Of a stretch of DNA of 37,395 bases, positions 23,395 to 33,650 are shown piece after piece. The notes beneath the pieces are model-generated. The model searched no databases. It saw only the letters and a program-made list of their open reading frames with translations, and was not told the DNA's origin. This stretch comes from Sminthopsis crassicaudata (lineage: Eukaryota). The DNA lies in assembly GCF_048593235.1 (NCBI RefSeq), contig NC_133620.1, positions 22,161,728 to 22,199,122 of the forward strand. The letters are read 5' to 3'. A program made the translations under genes and the position numbers. The number at the start of each line of letters is the position of its first letter. The stretch's first letter is position 1.

Positions 23395-23513
23395 GATGGA
23401 GATGGAGCTCCAACTGGCTGGCTGCAAGGAGGCTGCAAACCGATTAAGAAGAGACAGGAAGAAAAGATCAAAAGCAGGTGAGATCACATCTAGCTGGCAA
23501 AGCCATCCCATGG

Positions 23514-23526
23514 GGTGTAAAGTCCA
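23514..23526 (+). promoter_or_regulatory. Candidate HNF4-type site in the DIO1 proximal promoter
   Basis: GGTGTAAAGTCCA resembles the HNF4A motif (N)CAAAGTCCA and lies about 120-130 nt upstream of the DIO1 ATG. Confidence 0.4.
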
Positions 23527-24077
23527 GGGTTGCATGCCAGAAAGGCACGAAGCCCAACCATGTGCCTGGCTGAAGTGGGTGGGGTAAAATGCCACTTGTC
23601 CGTAGTTCCAGGTGAGAGCAGAGATATCCTTAGGAAAGTGTGGGTCTTGGATTTGTTTTAGGAGATCAATCAATCAATAAGCAAGTGTTTTGTTTAAATT
23701 ATTTAGAATTTTATTTCTTCCCCAATAACAGGGAAAAATATTTTTTAACATTCATTTTTTAAGTTTTGAGTTCCAAATTCTCCTTCTCTCTTCCTCCCTC
23801 ACCGAGAAAGACAAGTGATCTGATAAAGATTAAACATGTACAGTCCTATAAAACATATTTCCATACTAGTCATGTTATGAAAAAAAAGAGATAAAAAAAA
23901 ATCCAAGAAAAACAAAGTTTAAAAAAGTATGTTTTGATCCATATTCAAATCTATCAGTTCTTTCTCTGGGGACAGATAGCATTTTTCATCTGAAGGATAA
24001 TTCATCCTCCAGAATTGTCTTATATTGCTGAAAATAGCTAAGTCATTCACATTTATCCTTATAATATTGCTGTTACT

Positions 24078-24225
24078 GGGTAGCTAGGTGGCGCAGTGTT
24101 TAGAGCATCAGCCCTGAAGTCAGAAGTACCTGTCTTCAAATCTGGTCTCAGACATTTAACATTTCCTAGCTGTGTGATCCTGGGCAAATCACTTAATCCC
24201 AATTGCTCCAGCAAAAACAAACGAA
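24078..24225 (+). mobile_element. WSINE1-type SINE inserted in an L1 relic
   Basis: 'gctaggtggcgcagtg...cagacatttaacatttcctagctgtgtg...cccaattgctccagcaaaaac'. Confidence 0.88.
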
Positions 24226-24486
24226 AACCCCCCCACAATCTTGCCGTTAAGGTATGATGTTCTCCTGGCTCTGACACTTTCTATCAGTTTGTGTAAATAT
24301 TCCTAGTAAACAAGCATTAATTAAGCATATACTATGTCCTAAGTACTGTGTTAAACCCTGGGGAAACAAAAGACAATTATGGCCATCCATGGACATGTAA
24401 AAACTATCTCTGCGGGTAAATGTCCAGTCCAGAATTGTCCTTAAATTAATGTGGGACCCAGTAAAGTCCCACAGGGAGTGTGACCT

Positions 24487-24740
24487 NNNNNNNNNNNNNN
24501 NNNNNNNNNNNNNNNNNNNNNNNNNNNNNNNNNNNNNNNNNNNNNNNNNNNNNNNNNNNNNNNNNNNNNNNNNNNNNNNNNNNNNNNNNNNNNNNNNNNN
24601 NNNNNNNNNNNNNNNNNNNNNNNNNNNNNNNNNNNNNNNNNNNNNNNNNNNNNNNNNNNNNNNNNNNNNNNNNNNNNNNNNNNNNNNNNNNNNNNNNNNN
24701 NNNNNNNNNNNNNNNNNNNNNNNNNNNNNNNNNNNNNNNN
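24487..24740. other. Assembly gap
   Basis: Run of N. Confidence 1.
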
Positions 24741-27700
24741 TATTTTAATATTTTTAAGTATAAATTTTTTTTTAAATAAATTTTGAGTTCCAAATTTTTT
24801 CTTTGTCTTCTCTCTGGCTCACCCTTTGAGAAGGCAAGTAATGTCATGCAAAATATAGTTCCATATAAGTCATGTTGCAAAAGAAAACATACACACACAC
24901 ACAAAAGCAAGAAAAATAAAGAACATTTAAAATGGATGTTTCAATCTGCACTCAGAATTTATCAGTTCCTCTCTCTCCAGAGGTGGAGAGCATTTTTCTT
25001 CATAGATTCTTTGGAACTGTCTTGGATCATTGTATTGAGGAGAGCCGCCAAGTCATTCACAGTTGATCATCCTACAATGTTGCTATTACTCTGTACAGTG
25101 TTCTCTTGGTTCTGCTCGCTTCAATTTGCAACAGTTCAGGTATTTCTGAAAGCATTCTGTTCATCATTTCCTATATCACGATAATATTCCATCAGAATCA
25201 TATACCACAACTGGCCCAGAGGAAAGAATCCATTTCAGGTTTTGATACTTACAGTAGCTGATACAGTTGCTCACCAACTTCCCTTTTCTATATACAAGAG
25301 CAGAGACATACTTATTAATATGTTGATAAGAAACCTGGCGACTGAAGCAAAATGCAAACTCAACTATATAATGGATCAAAGACATTCCTTTGAACTTAGG
25401 GCAGGAAAAGCAGCCCACAAAGGAGACTAAAGGCATTTGGAAGAAAGGTGCTTGAGGACACTGGTATGATAATTTTACTTTGACCTGTATGTATCTCAAC
25501 TGTTTACATCTCTATGGAAGTAGCCAAGATCCTGGCTTAATTATTTGCATCTCAGAAGATTGTGCTTACTGGAAAGGATGTAGGAATATCAGAGTGTATT
25601 TTGTACCAAGCCTATAAGCATTGGAAGTATATATATATATATTTCTCTCTCTGATCAATAACGCTTGAAGAGTTCATATCAAATTCTCTCCGCCTGGCCC
25701 CTGCATAACACACTCCTGTTTCACTATTGGAGCTGGACTTCAATGCACAACTTTTTTAGCTATTTCCTGACTGATAGGCATTCTCTCCATTTCCAACTCT
25801 TTGCCACCACAAATAGAGATGCTAGAAATATTTTCGTACAAACAGCTTTTTTTAAAATATCTTTTGGGGATATAGACCTAGTAGTAGAATTGCTGGAGCA
25901 AAGGGTATGCACAGTTTTTCCTTTGGGCACAGTTCCAAATTGTTCTCCCAAACTCTACCAATAGTGTACCAATGTTCCTTTTCCCCATTTCCTCTCCAGC
26001 TTTTGTCATTTTCCTTTTTGGTCATATTACCTTGTCTAATAGGGGTGAGGTAGTACCTGAGAGCTGTTTTAACTTATATTGTTCTAATAAATAGTGACAT
26101 AAAACATTTTTATGTCACTATTGATAGCTTTGATTTCTTTTTCTGAAAACTGCCTGTTCATTGGAGATTAAATTTGTTGTTTGGTCCCCAAGAGCAGAAG
26201 TGGGAGCAAGTGCAGTGGGGATAAAGGTTGAAAAGAGGCTAATTTAGACTCAAACTACTAATGGAAAAACTGGAGGACTTCCTCTCATGGAGGTTGTCAA
26301 GCAAAGACTAGATGCTCACTTGTCTGGTGTGTTTTAGTGGGACACCTGGGTGGCCATTTAGTGCCCTTACAACTCTCAAATTTGGCAACTCTGCAAGACT
26401 GAATAACATCAAGGAACCTTTACAGCCCAAACTCTATGATTCCATAATTTGATGTGGGAGTAAGGAGCGATGTGTGTGGGGGAGTCAAAGGTGACTCAGA
26501 TGAGCAGTTTGGGTGACCAGATGGCTGTGATCTGAGCAAGAGGACTGGGGTTGAAATGAGGAGATCTTGAATTGTGTTTTGGCCACGTTAAGTTTGAAAA
26601 GCCACAGGCAAGTCCAGTTGGTAGTGAGGAAATGAAGTTTCTGGGAGAGGCCAGGCTTAAGCATTTGAGAATAACTTTCTTGGAAATTATGCCATAAAAA
26701 AACAACTGTAAATATGAAGAGGAAAAACAGCACAATGCCAATTTCAAGAGAAGGAAACTGAGGCACAGGGAGGTTGACAAGAGTCACATAGTTAATACCC
26801 CTCTGAGATGGTACATGAACCCAGGTCACCAACTCTGAGATTGTGACAGCAACTCCTGCTCATTTGGTCTGGTTTTTTGTAGCCTTAGTACTCATTCCCT
26901 CTGTGTCTTTTATTTTTTAAGTGTGTTTCTTATTCTCAGTAGATTGTTGGGCTTAGTTGTCTTGTTCCTTCTGCCATTTTCTTTCCTTTTATTGGATTTT
27001 TTAGTCCACTCCCATTTAAAGTTGAGTATTAGACTTGATTCCCTCCATTTGTCTTTTTTAATATTGCTTTTTAAAAATCCTCTTTCTCTTTTAAGTCAGT
27101 ACTTAAATTTTTAAGAGTTAACCTACTTTCACATTCATCTGTTTCTAGAGATTCTCTCCTCCTTTTCCCCTCCTCTCTGTCTACCCTTTCCCTAGTAAAG
27201 CTTATGAACTTTACTTAAATTATTATTTTGTCTTCCTTTATTTCTTTTATCTATTCCCCTCCGTCCTTGGGCAGTCTCTTTCCCCATTCAATTAAGTGGT
27301 TAGTTCAGAATCTTACTTAACCTTTCTGGGTCTTGATTTCCTTCCCTGTTGGACTTGGACTAGATGGCCTTTTGATTTCTTTACAGCTTGAATTTATGAA
27401 CCTATGAACCCAAGGATCAAATTGAGAACCCTGATCTAAGCAATCTCTCTTTCTAAGAATATTGCCCCCCCTTTTTTTCTGCTTTGCTCTTAGAAATATT
27501 ATTTTGTGGAGAAAAGAATGTCAGCTGAAACCAATGCCATGTAGTAGAGATAACCTTTCATCCCACTCTCTCCCCTGCCTGCACAGTAATCCAAGGCCAC
27601 ATTATCTTATTTCTGGGTTTACTCCTCCCCTAACCATGACAAGAGCTAACATACCCCTTGTCTCCTGGGAAAATACTGACTGGGAAGGGAGTCTTTGTAA

Positions 27701-28375
27701 CTTTTTGAAAACATCCAATTGGACAATTCAGCAAAGATCCTCTGAAAAAAAGTCCTCCCTCCTCCGGGGGTTCATATACCCCAGGTTCTGGAAAGCCAGG
27801 TCAGCAGAGCCCAGGATCTGGCAGGTGCCCCCACAACGGAAGGATTCTAGGTTCACGATCCTGGCAATTGACTGAGCTTGCTTTTTAGGAACCAGCCTCA
27901 GAGAACAGAGTCCTCATCAATAGTCTGGCCATTCACTGGTGAGTCCTTTGACCGAAGAGATCTCAAATCAGGAATAGAGGGGGCCCTCCTCACTATATGA
28001 TCTCCTTTTTCTGCAGTGATGGAGACAGAGTTCTTAGACCAGCCAAATTATTAGATTGACTTGCTCAGTAATCAAGGCATAGACAGAATTCAAAGGGAAC
28101 CATGAACCTCTAGGCTTTATCCCAGTTTATCTGAAGAGGTTTTCCCAAGTCACACATAGGATGGGCTGCAAGGGCATCAGAGGCCAGCTGTGTCCAAAAG
28201 CCCTGGGGAGGTAGAGCAAAGTATTTAGACCTGATCCATCTGACACCAGAATCTGCACTGGCCATGGGACCATCTGCTCTAACCCTCTCACTGCTGGGAC
28301 ATTTGTCTCTACATTGAGCTTAAATGAGCCACTTTTCCCTGTGTGATTTTAGGCTGAATTAAAAGAGGAATGGTG

Positions 28376-28500
28376 AGAGGCATCTAGGTGGTGCAGTGGA
28401 TAGAGCACCAGCCTTGAATTCAGGAGGACCTGAGTTCAAATCTGATCTCAGACACTTAGCACTTCCTAGCTGTGTGACCCTGGGCAAGTCACTTAACCCC
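28376..28500 (+). mobile_element. WSINE1-type SINE
   Basis: Near-consensus head, B-box 'gagttcaaatc' and body. Confidence 0.9.
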
Positions 28501-29379
28501 AGAGGAATGGTGTCCATTTCTAGGCAGGTTGAGAATAATACTGTTGTCCTCTCCATTAGATCATGTTCAAAGGATACGTGGAGCAATACCTGGCCATGAC
28601 CCACAGAAAACAGTAGGATATTTGTGAATAGCAATTCTTTGGAACCAGTTAAGGGTCAACAGTAATAGAGTAGATGTTCAAAGTCTCAGAACTTCTGAGT
28701 TATAAACAGCCTGCCCATGAGTACGCTCCGGTCACTCTAGCTCCCTAAATATCTTCACTTTTCCCTGGATGCTGTATGCTTAATGGGAGTAAGTCCTTTC
28801 TCCCCCAGACCAGCATGAAGCTAAGCACTTTGCACATACTTACGGGAGTAGACTCAAAGGCCAATCACTCTTGACATGTATTTGTGGGATAATGAAGCTC
28901 AAATTTATTCTCTCGCTACTCTTGTTGCTGTATTATTTCAAAGTCTATTTTGAACTAATTGTATCTTCTGTCTGACTAGTAAAGAGAAACATATCAGGGA
29001 GGACTGCAATAGATGCAAACCCATAGACTATCTTGAATCTGAGATAGTTTTGTCTGGGGGACCTACTTGTTGTGTCTCTAATACTTACGTAAAGAATTAT
29101 CACAGAGATTTTGCCTATATGGATAAGTAGGTATTTGAGCTGGTACTTCATGATTTTTTCACCATCTTCTTTTTTTTGGGGGGGGTAGTATTAATATCTG
29201 TGACTGTAAATTTTTTTCTGATATCTGAAAAGTTGATCCTTCAGTGCTCTCAAATGTGTAATTTGGAAGGGCACACACCCCATTTAAAAGAAAAAGAATC
29301 AGTGAAAAGGGAATGAAGAACAGAGATTTCTCAGCCAAAAAACAATCACCAAATAGTAATAATTTCTTAATGATAATTT

Positions 29380-29590
29380 TCTCTTTTGAAAGATGTAGGA
29401 CTCATCGATAAAAATGTTATTTCTGGATATGATTCTGGGAAACAGAATGAGCTGGATTTTGAGTGGGAAAAATGGGGGAAGCTAGTGAGGAGAGCCCTTC
29501 CTCTTGGAAATAGTGATAGGAGAAAGGAAAGCAGACTGGATTACAGAAAAACGGATTTTAAAAGGCTCAGAGAAACTAAGAATTGGATTT
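29380..29590 (+). mobile_element. L3/CR1 ORF2 remnant
   Basis: Translates to ...RLDYRKTDFKRLRE, resembling the CR1 ORF2 LDFRKADF..LRE motif. Confidence 0.55.
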
Positions 29591-29930
29591 TTTTGGATAA
29601 CAATAGCTTTTTGTCTCCCCCTTTCCCATGTTTTCTTCCTATCTCCCAAAAGCAATGTCTGTAGTTGGCAAATTCAGAGAAAGGGTCCAAAAAACCTGAG
29701 AGTGGGAGGCCCTTTAAGCCAAGGTTATACAAAGGTGAGGTTGGAACAGCACCAAAATTCTGGGACACGTGTTCATTCCAGGGGATTGAGTAAACATAAA
29801 TAATATTTGCTGAAGAAACATAGTTTCTGAGAAGTGAATTATGTGAACACAAGCTGGTTTTAGATATCACTGGGATAAGGATTCTACCTCTGTTAGACAA
29901 TAAACATTTATTAAGTACTCACTTAATATG

Positions 29931-30233
29931 CTTAAGGGGGGGTAGCTGCCTCAGTGTATAAAACGCCAGAACTGGAATCAGGAAGACTCATCTTAAAGGG
30001 TTCAAATATGGCCTCAGACACTAGCTGTGTGACCCTGAACAAGTCACTTCACCCTGTTTACCACAGCTTCCTCATCGGTAAAATGAACTGGGGAGAAAAA
30101 TAGCAAACTACTCCAGTCTCTCTGCCCACGAAGTCATATGCGACTGAAACAACTGAACAACAGCGACCATAAATATCGGGTCTTAGAAATTTCCTCCACA
30201 TTAGTGGGAGGTTTTTGGTTGGAGATGCTTACA
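29931..30233 (+). repeat. Copy 1 of a local duplication (MAR1 SINE plus ~65 bp of non-SINE flank)
   Basis: Colinear with 32064-32360. Confidence 0.85.
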
Positions 30234-30350
30234 GGAATTATGGGGTCAGGCAGAAATATTGCTACAGCATCCCCGCTGGGCAAATGTTTGGTAACCTGGG
30301 ATAGAGATAGACTCTCTGCCTAGCAGAGGATGACCAGAGAGAGAGCTCTT

Positions 30351-31313
30351 TTTTTTTTTTAATTATAACTTTTTATTGACAGAACATATGCCTGAATAAT
30401 TTTTTACAGCATTGTCCCTTGGACTCACTTCTGTTCTGACTTTTCCCTTCCCTCCCTCCACCTCCCCCCATAGGTGGCAAGCAGTCTCATATATGTTAAA
30501 TGTGTTATAGTATATCTTAAATACAATATATGTGTGCAGAACTGAACAGTCCTCTTGTTGCACAGGAAGAATTGGATTCAGAAGGTAAAAATAACCTGGG
30601 AAAAAACTAAAAATGCAAGTAGTCCACATTAATTTCCCAGTATTCCTTCTCTGGATGTGGCTGATTCTGTCCATTATTGATCAGTTGGATTTGAGTTAGA
30701 TCTTCTCTTTGTTGAAGATATCCACTTCCAACATAATACATCCTCATACAGTATTGTTGTTAAAGTGTATAATGATCTCCTGGTTCTGCTCATTTCACTC
30801 AGCATCAGTTGATGTAAGTCTCTCCAAGCCTCTCTGTATTCCTCCTGTTGGTCATTTCTTACAGAGCAATAATATTCCATAATATTCATATACCATAATT
30901 TACCCAGCCATTCTCCAATTGATGGGCATCCATTCATTTTCCAGTTTCTGGCCACTACAAAAAGGGCTGCCACAAACATTTTGGCACATACAGGTCCCTT
31001 TCCCCTCTTTAGTATTTCTTTGGAATATAAGCCCAATAGTAGCACTTCTGGATCAAAGGGCAAACACAGTTTGATAACTTTTTGGGCATAGATTCCAGAT
31101 TGCTCTCCAGAATGGTTGGATTCTTTCACAACTCCACCAACAATGCATCAGTGTCCCAGTTTTTCCTCATCCCCTCCAACATTCATCATTATCTTTTCCT
31201 GTCATCTTAGCCAATCTGACAGGTGTATAGTGGTATCTCAGAGTTGTCTTAATTTGCATTTCTCTGATCAATAGTAATTTGGAACACTTTCAAAGGAGTG
31301 GAAATTGTTTATT
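30351..31313 (-). mobile_element. 5'-truncated L1 (ORF2 C-terminus, 3'UTR and polyA) with 12-bp TSD
   Basis: ORF 30674-31129 (..LGLYSKEI..CAKMFVAALFVVARNWK..CPSIGEWLGKLWY..) is the L1 ORF2 C-terminal domain. PolyT at about 30349-30360; TSD GAGAGAGCTCTT at 30339-30350 and 31314-31325. Confidence 0.93.
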
Positions 31314-32063
31314 GAGAGAGCTCTTAAACTGTGTAAAATATGACTTGAGAATACAAAGGGCTTAAGGAAACTGTTCCAGAGCCAAAGAATAGAATTTTTT
31401 TATTACTTTACCTTTAGAGAATTATGGGATTTTATTGATCAATCTCCCAGAACCAGTTTGGAGCAAATGAGCCACTGATGTTGGTAGATTCTTCGTTTTG
31501 CCAATATTTGAAATTTTTTAGTTTTACTCAATCTGTTTTTCTTTCTGTGAAGAAAATTTTTCCAATTAAGAGCTTCCCTATTAAAGTAGAGGCTCCCTTT
31601 AAAATAGCCTGTTCTAAAAGGTTCTTTTACTTTCTCCACTAATATGGAGGTTCCCCATGAGATAGATCCTTTCCTACAGCTAACACTCAAGCAATCAGAG
31701 ATCTATCTGTTTTCTATATTCTCTAATTTTATCAACTCCTAACTTTGGGGCTTAACCTCTGGAGTCCTAAGACTAGTTAACTAAGGCCCCAAAGTCTTCT
31801 ATAAATAAATATTCAATAAAAGTTATACCAGCTTCTCTTTAAAACTTAAAAAAAATTATCTCTGATTGTCAGCAGCTGACCTAATCCAAAGAATATAAAT
31901 GAATTAACTGGGAGTCAGAAAAAGAGCGTAAGGACTAGAGAGAAAAACAACTGTAACGCTAGAAAGAAGGTCAGCTTAGCAGTTATAGCTTCTTTCTCTT
32001 TGAATTATGGAAACTCAGACTAGAATTTGACATATTGGCTTTTACCTCTCCCATTTCTTCCTC

Positions 32064-32360
32064 CTTAAGGGGGATAGGTGCCTCAGTGGGTAAAACGCCA
32101 GAGCTGGAGTCAGGAAGACTCATTTTAATGAGTTTAAATATGGCCTCAGACACTAGCTGACCCTGAACAAGTCACGTCACCCTGTTTACCACAGCTTCCT
32201 CAACTGTTAAATGAATTTGGGAAGGAAATGGCAAACCACTCCAGTCCCTCTGCCAAGAAGTCATATGTTATTGAAATAACTGAACAATAGCAACCATAAA
32301 TATGGGGTCTTAGAGATTTCCTCCACATTAGTGGGAGGTTCTTGGTTGGAGATGGTCACA
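32064..32360 (+). repeat. Copy 2 of the local duplication
   Basis: Colinear with 29931-30233. Confidence 0.85.
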
Positions 32361-32584
32361 TCTCCTTTCCCAACTTGATATATTTTCTTTTAATAAGTTA
32401 GAAAATAATTTTAACTCACTGTTGGGAGAAGAGAGAATCAGAATCCTTTCCAACTTCATTGCAGTTAAGAGATTTTGACAGTCTGGCTGTTAAGATACTG
32501 TGAAATTCTGCACTTTTGCCATTGGAAGAATGGGGACCTTTCCAAGCTGAACTGGGGGGCCATTTAAAAACATTTGGAAACTTT

Positions 32585-33650
32585 GTCTTTTTTTTTTATT
32601 AAATTTATTTATTTTCAAAACACATTATTTTATGAATGGTGTTGGGAGAGAAAAACCAGAGCCGAAGGAAAACCACAGGGGAGGGGAAAAAAAAAACAAA
32701 AAAAAAAAAAACAGAAAAAAGGAGTGAACATAGCATGTGTTAATTTACATTCAGTCTCCTTAGTCCTCTGGATCCAGATGGCTTTTTCTGCCAAAAATCT
32801 ATTGGGATTGCTTTGGATCACTGGATGCTGAGAAGAACCATGCCTTTTGGAGTTGCCCAATGTGTGTGTACAATGTATTCCTGGTTCTGCTTGTTTTGCT
32901 CAGCATCAATCTGTGTAGAATGGGAAGATGAAGAACTTATAGTAATGTGTGAATTCTTTTTCTTATTTTCATTATTCCTGTGTTTCCCTATGACCTCCAT
33001 AAGCACAATATGTACAGGCCTATATTTACTTAAACCTTAATTATAGGCATATTTACTTGACCTAAGTTGGTGACATTTAGCAGTGTTTGACATTTATCGA
33101 TATTATTCTATTAGCTTGACCACTGTCTGCTCGAGATTCTAAAACCTGAAGGCCCAAACCAGACACCTTCCATTCCAATCTCTCCTGATAGCACCAACCA
33201 GTTAGTTACCCCCCCCCCCCAATGCTCTCACTTGTGATGTAATCTCTTGGAACAAAATCTATAAAAGCTGTGTATACTCACTGATTCCTCCGCCCTCCTG
33301 CTGTGAGTACTTTATCTCTCACAGCTGGACTGCCTGCCTCTCATGAGAAGCTATAATAAGCAAGCTTTCTGCTTTCTACTTTGAGTGATCATTGAGTAGT
33401 CATTTTGAGTAGGGGTCTCTCACATCCCACACAAGTTCATGTCAATATTTTTCTAAAATCAGCTTGTTCTAAGTTTTTTATAGAATATTCCATTACCTTC
33501 TTGTACCACAGCTTGTTCAGTCATTCCCCATCTAATGGTCATCTACTCACTTTCCGATTTTTTGCTACTACAAAAAGAGCTGCTACAAACATTTTCCCAT
33601 ATGTGGATTCTTTTCCCTCCTTTAAGATTTCCTTGGGATACAAGCCCAGT
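32585..33650 (-). mobile_element. L1 3' fragment split by an LTR insertion
   Basis: L1 tail at 32585-33010 resumes at about 33432-33650 ('tttgctactacaaaaagagctgctacaaacatttt'). Confidence 0.7.
33011..33431 (+). mobile_element. Solo LTR (second family)
   Basis: TG...CA termini (tgtacagg...cccaca), TATA-like ctataaaag at about 33259, polyA-like aataag at about 33355; interrupts the L1. Confidence 0.6.

Larger units (their letters stand above)
23690..26160 (-). mobile_element. Cluster of L1 3'-end relics upstream of DIO1 (about 23690-24300, 24741-25250, 25640-26160)
   Basis: Repeated L1 3'UTR motifs; ORF 25760-25951 (..CTKIFLASLFVVAKSWK..) is an ORF2 C-terminal remnant. Confidence 0.75.

Noticed and set aside
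23062-23673. 203-aa ORF as the full DIO1 exon 1
   Set aside because: Homology begins at MAGLLLW (23394). The upstream part starts at a non-ATG codon and runs into promoter sequence, and the 3' end passes the donor at 23069.
24078-24225. SINE-borne thyroid response element ~700 bp upstream of DIO1, by analogy with the human Alu TRE
   Set aside because: The AGGACC-n2-AGTTCA motif seen in other WSINE1 copies is mutated in this copy, and no DR4 is visible.
6411-24910. ORFs spanning N runs (6411-6759, 11224-11739, 12026-12625, 24446-24910)
   Set aside because: Artefacts of translating through assembly gaps.
30674-31129. 151-aa ORF as a host gene
   Set aside because: It is the L1 ORF2 C-terminal domain inside a TSD-flanked truncated L1.
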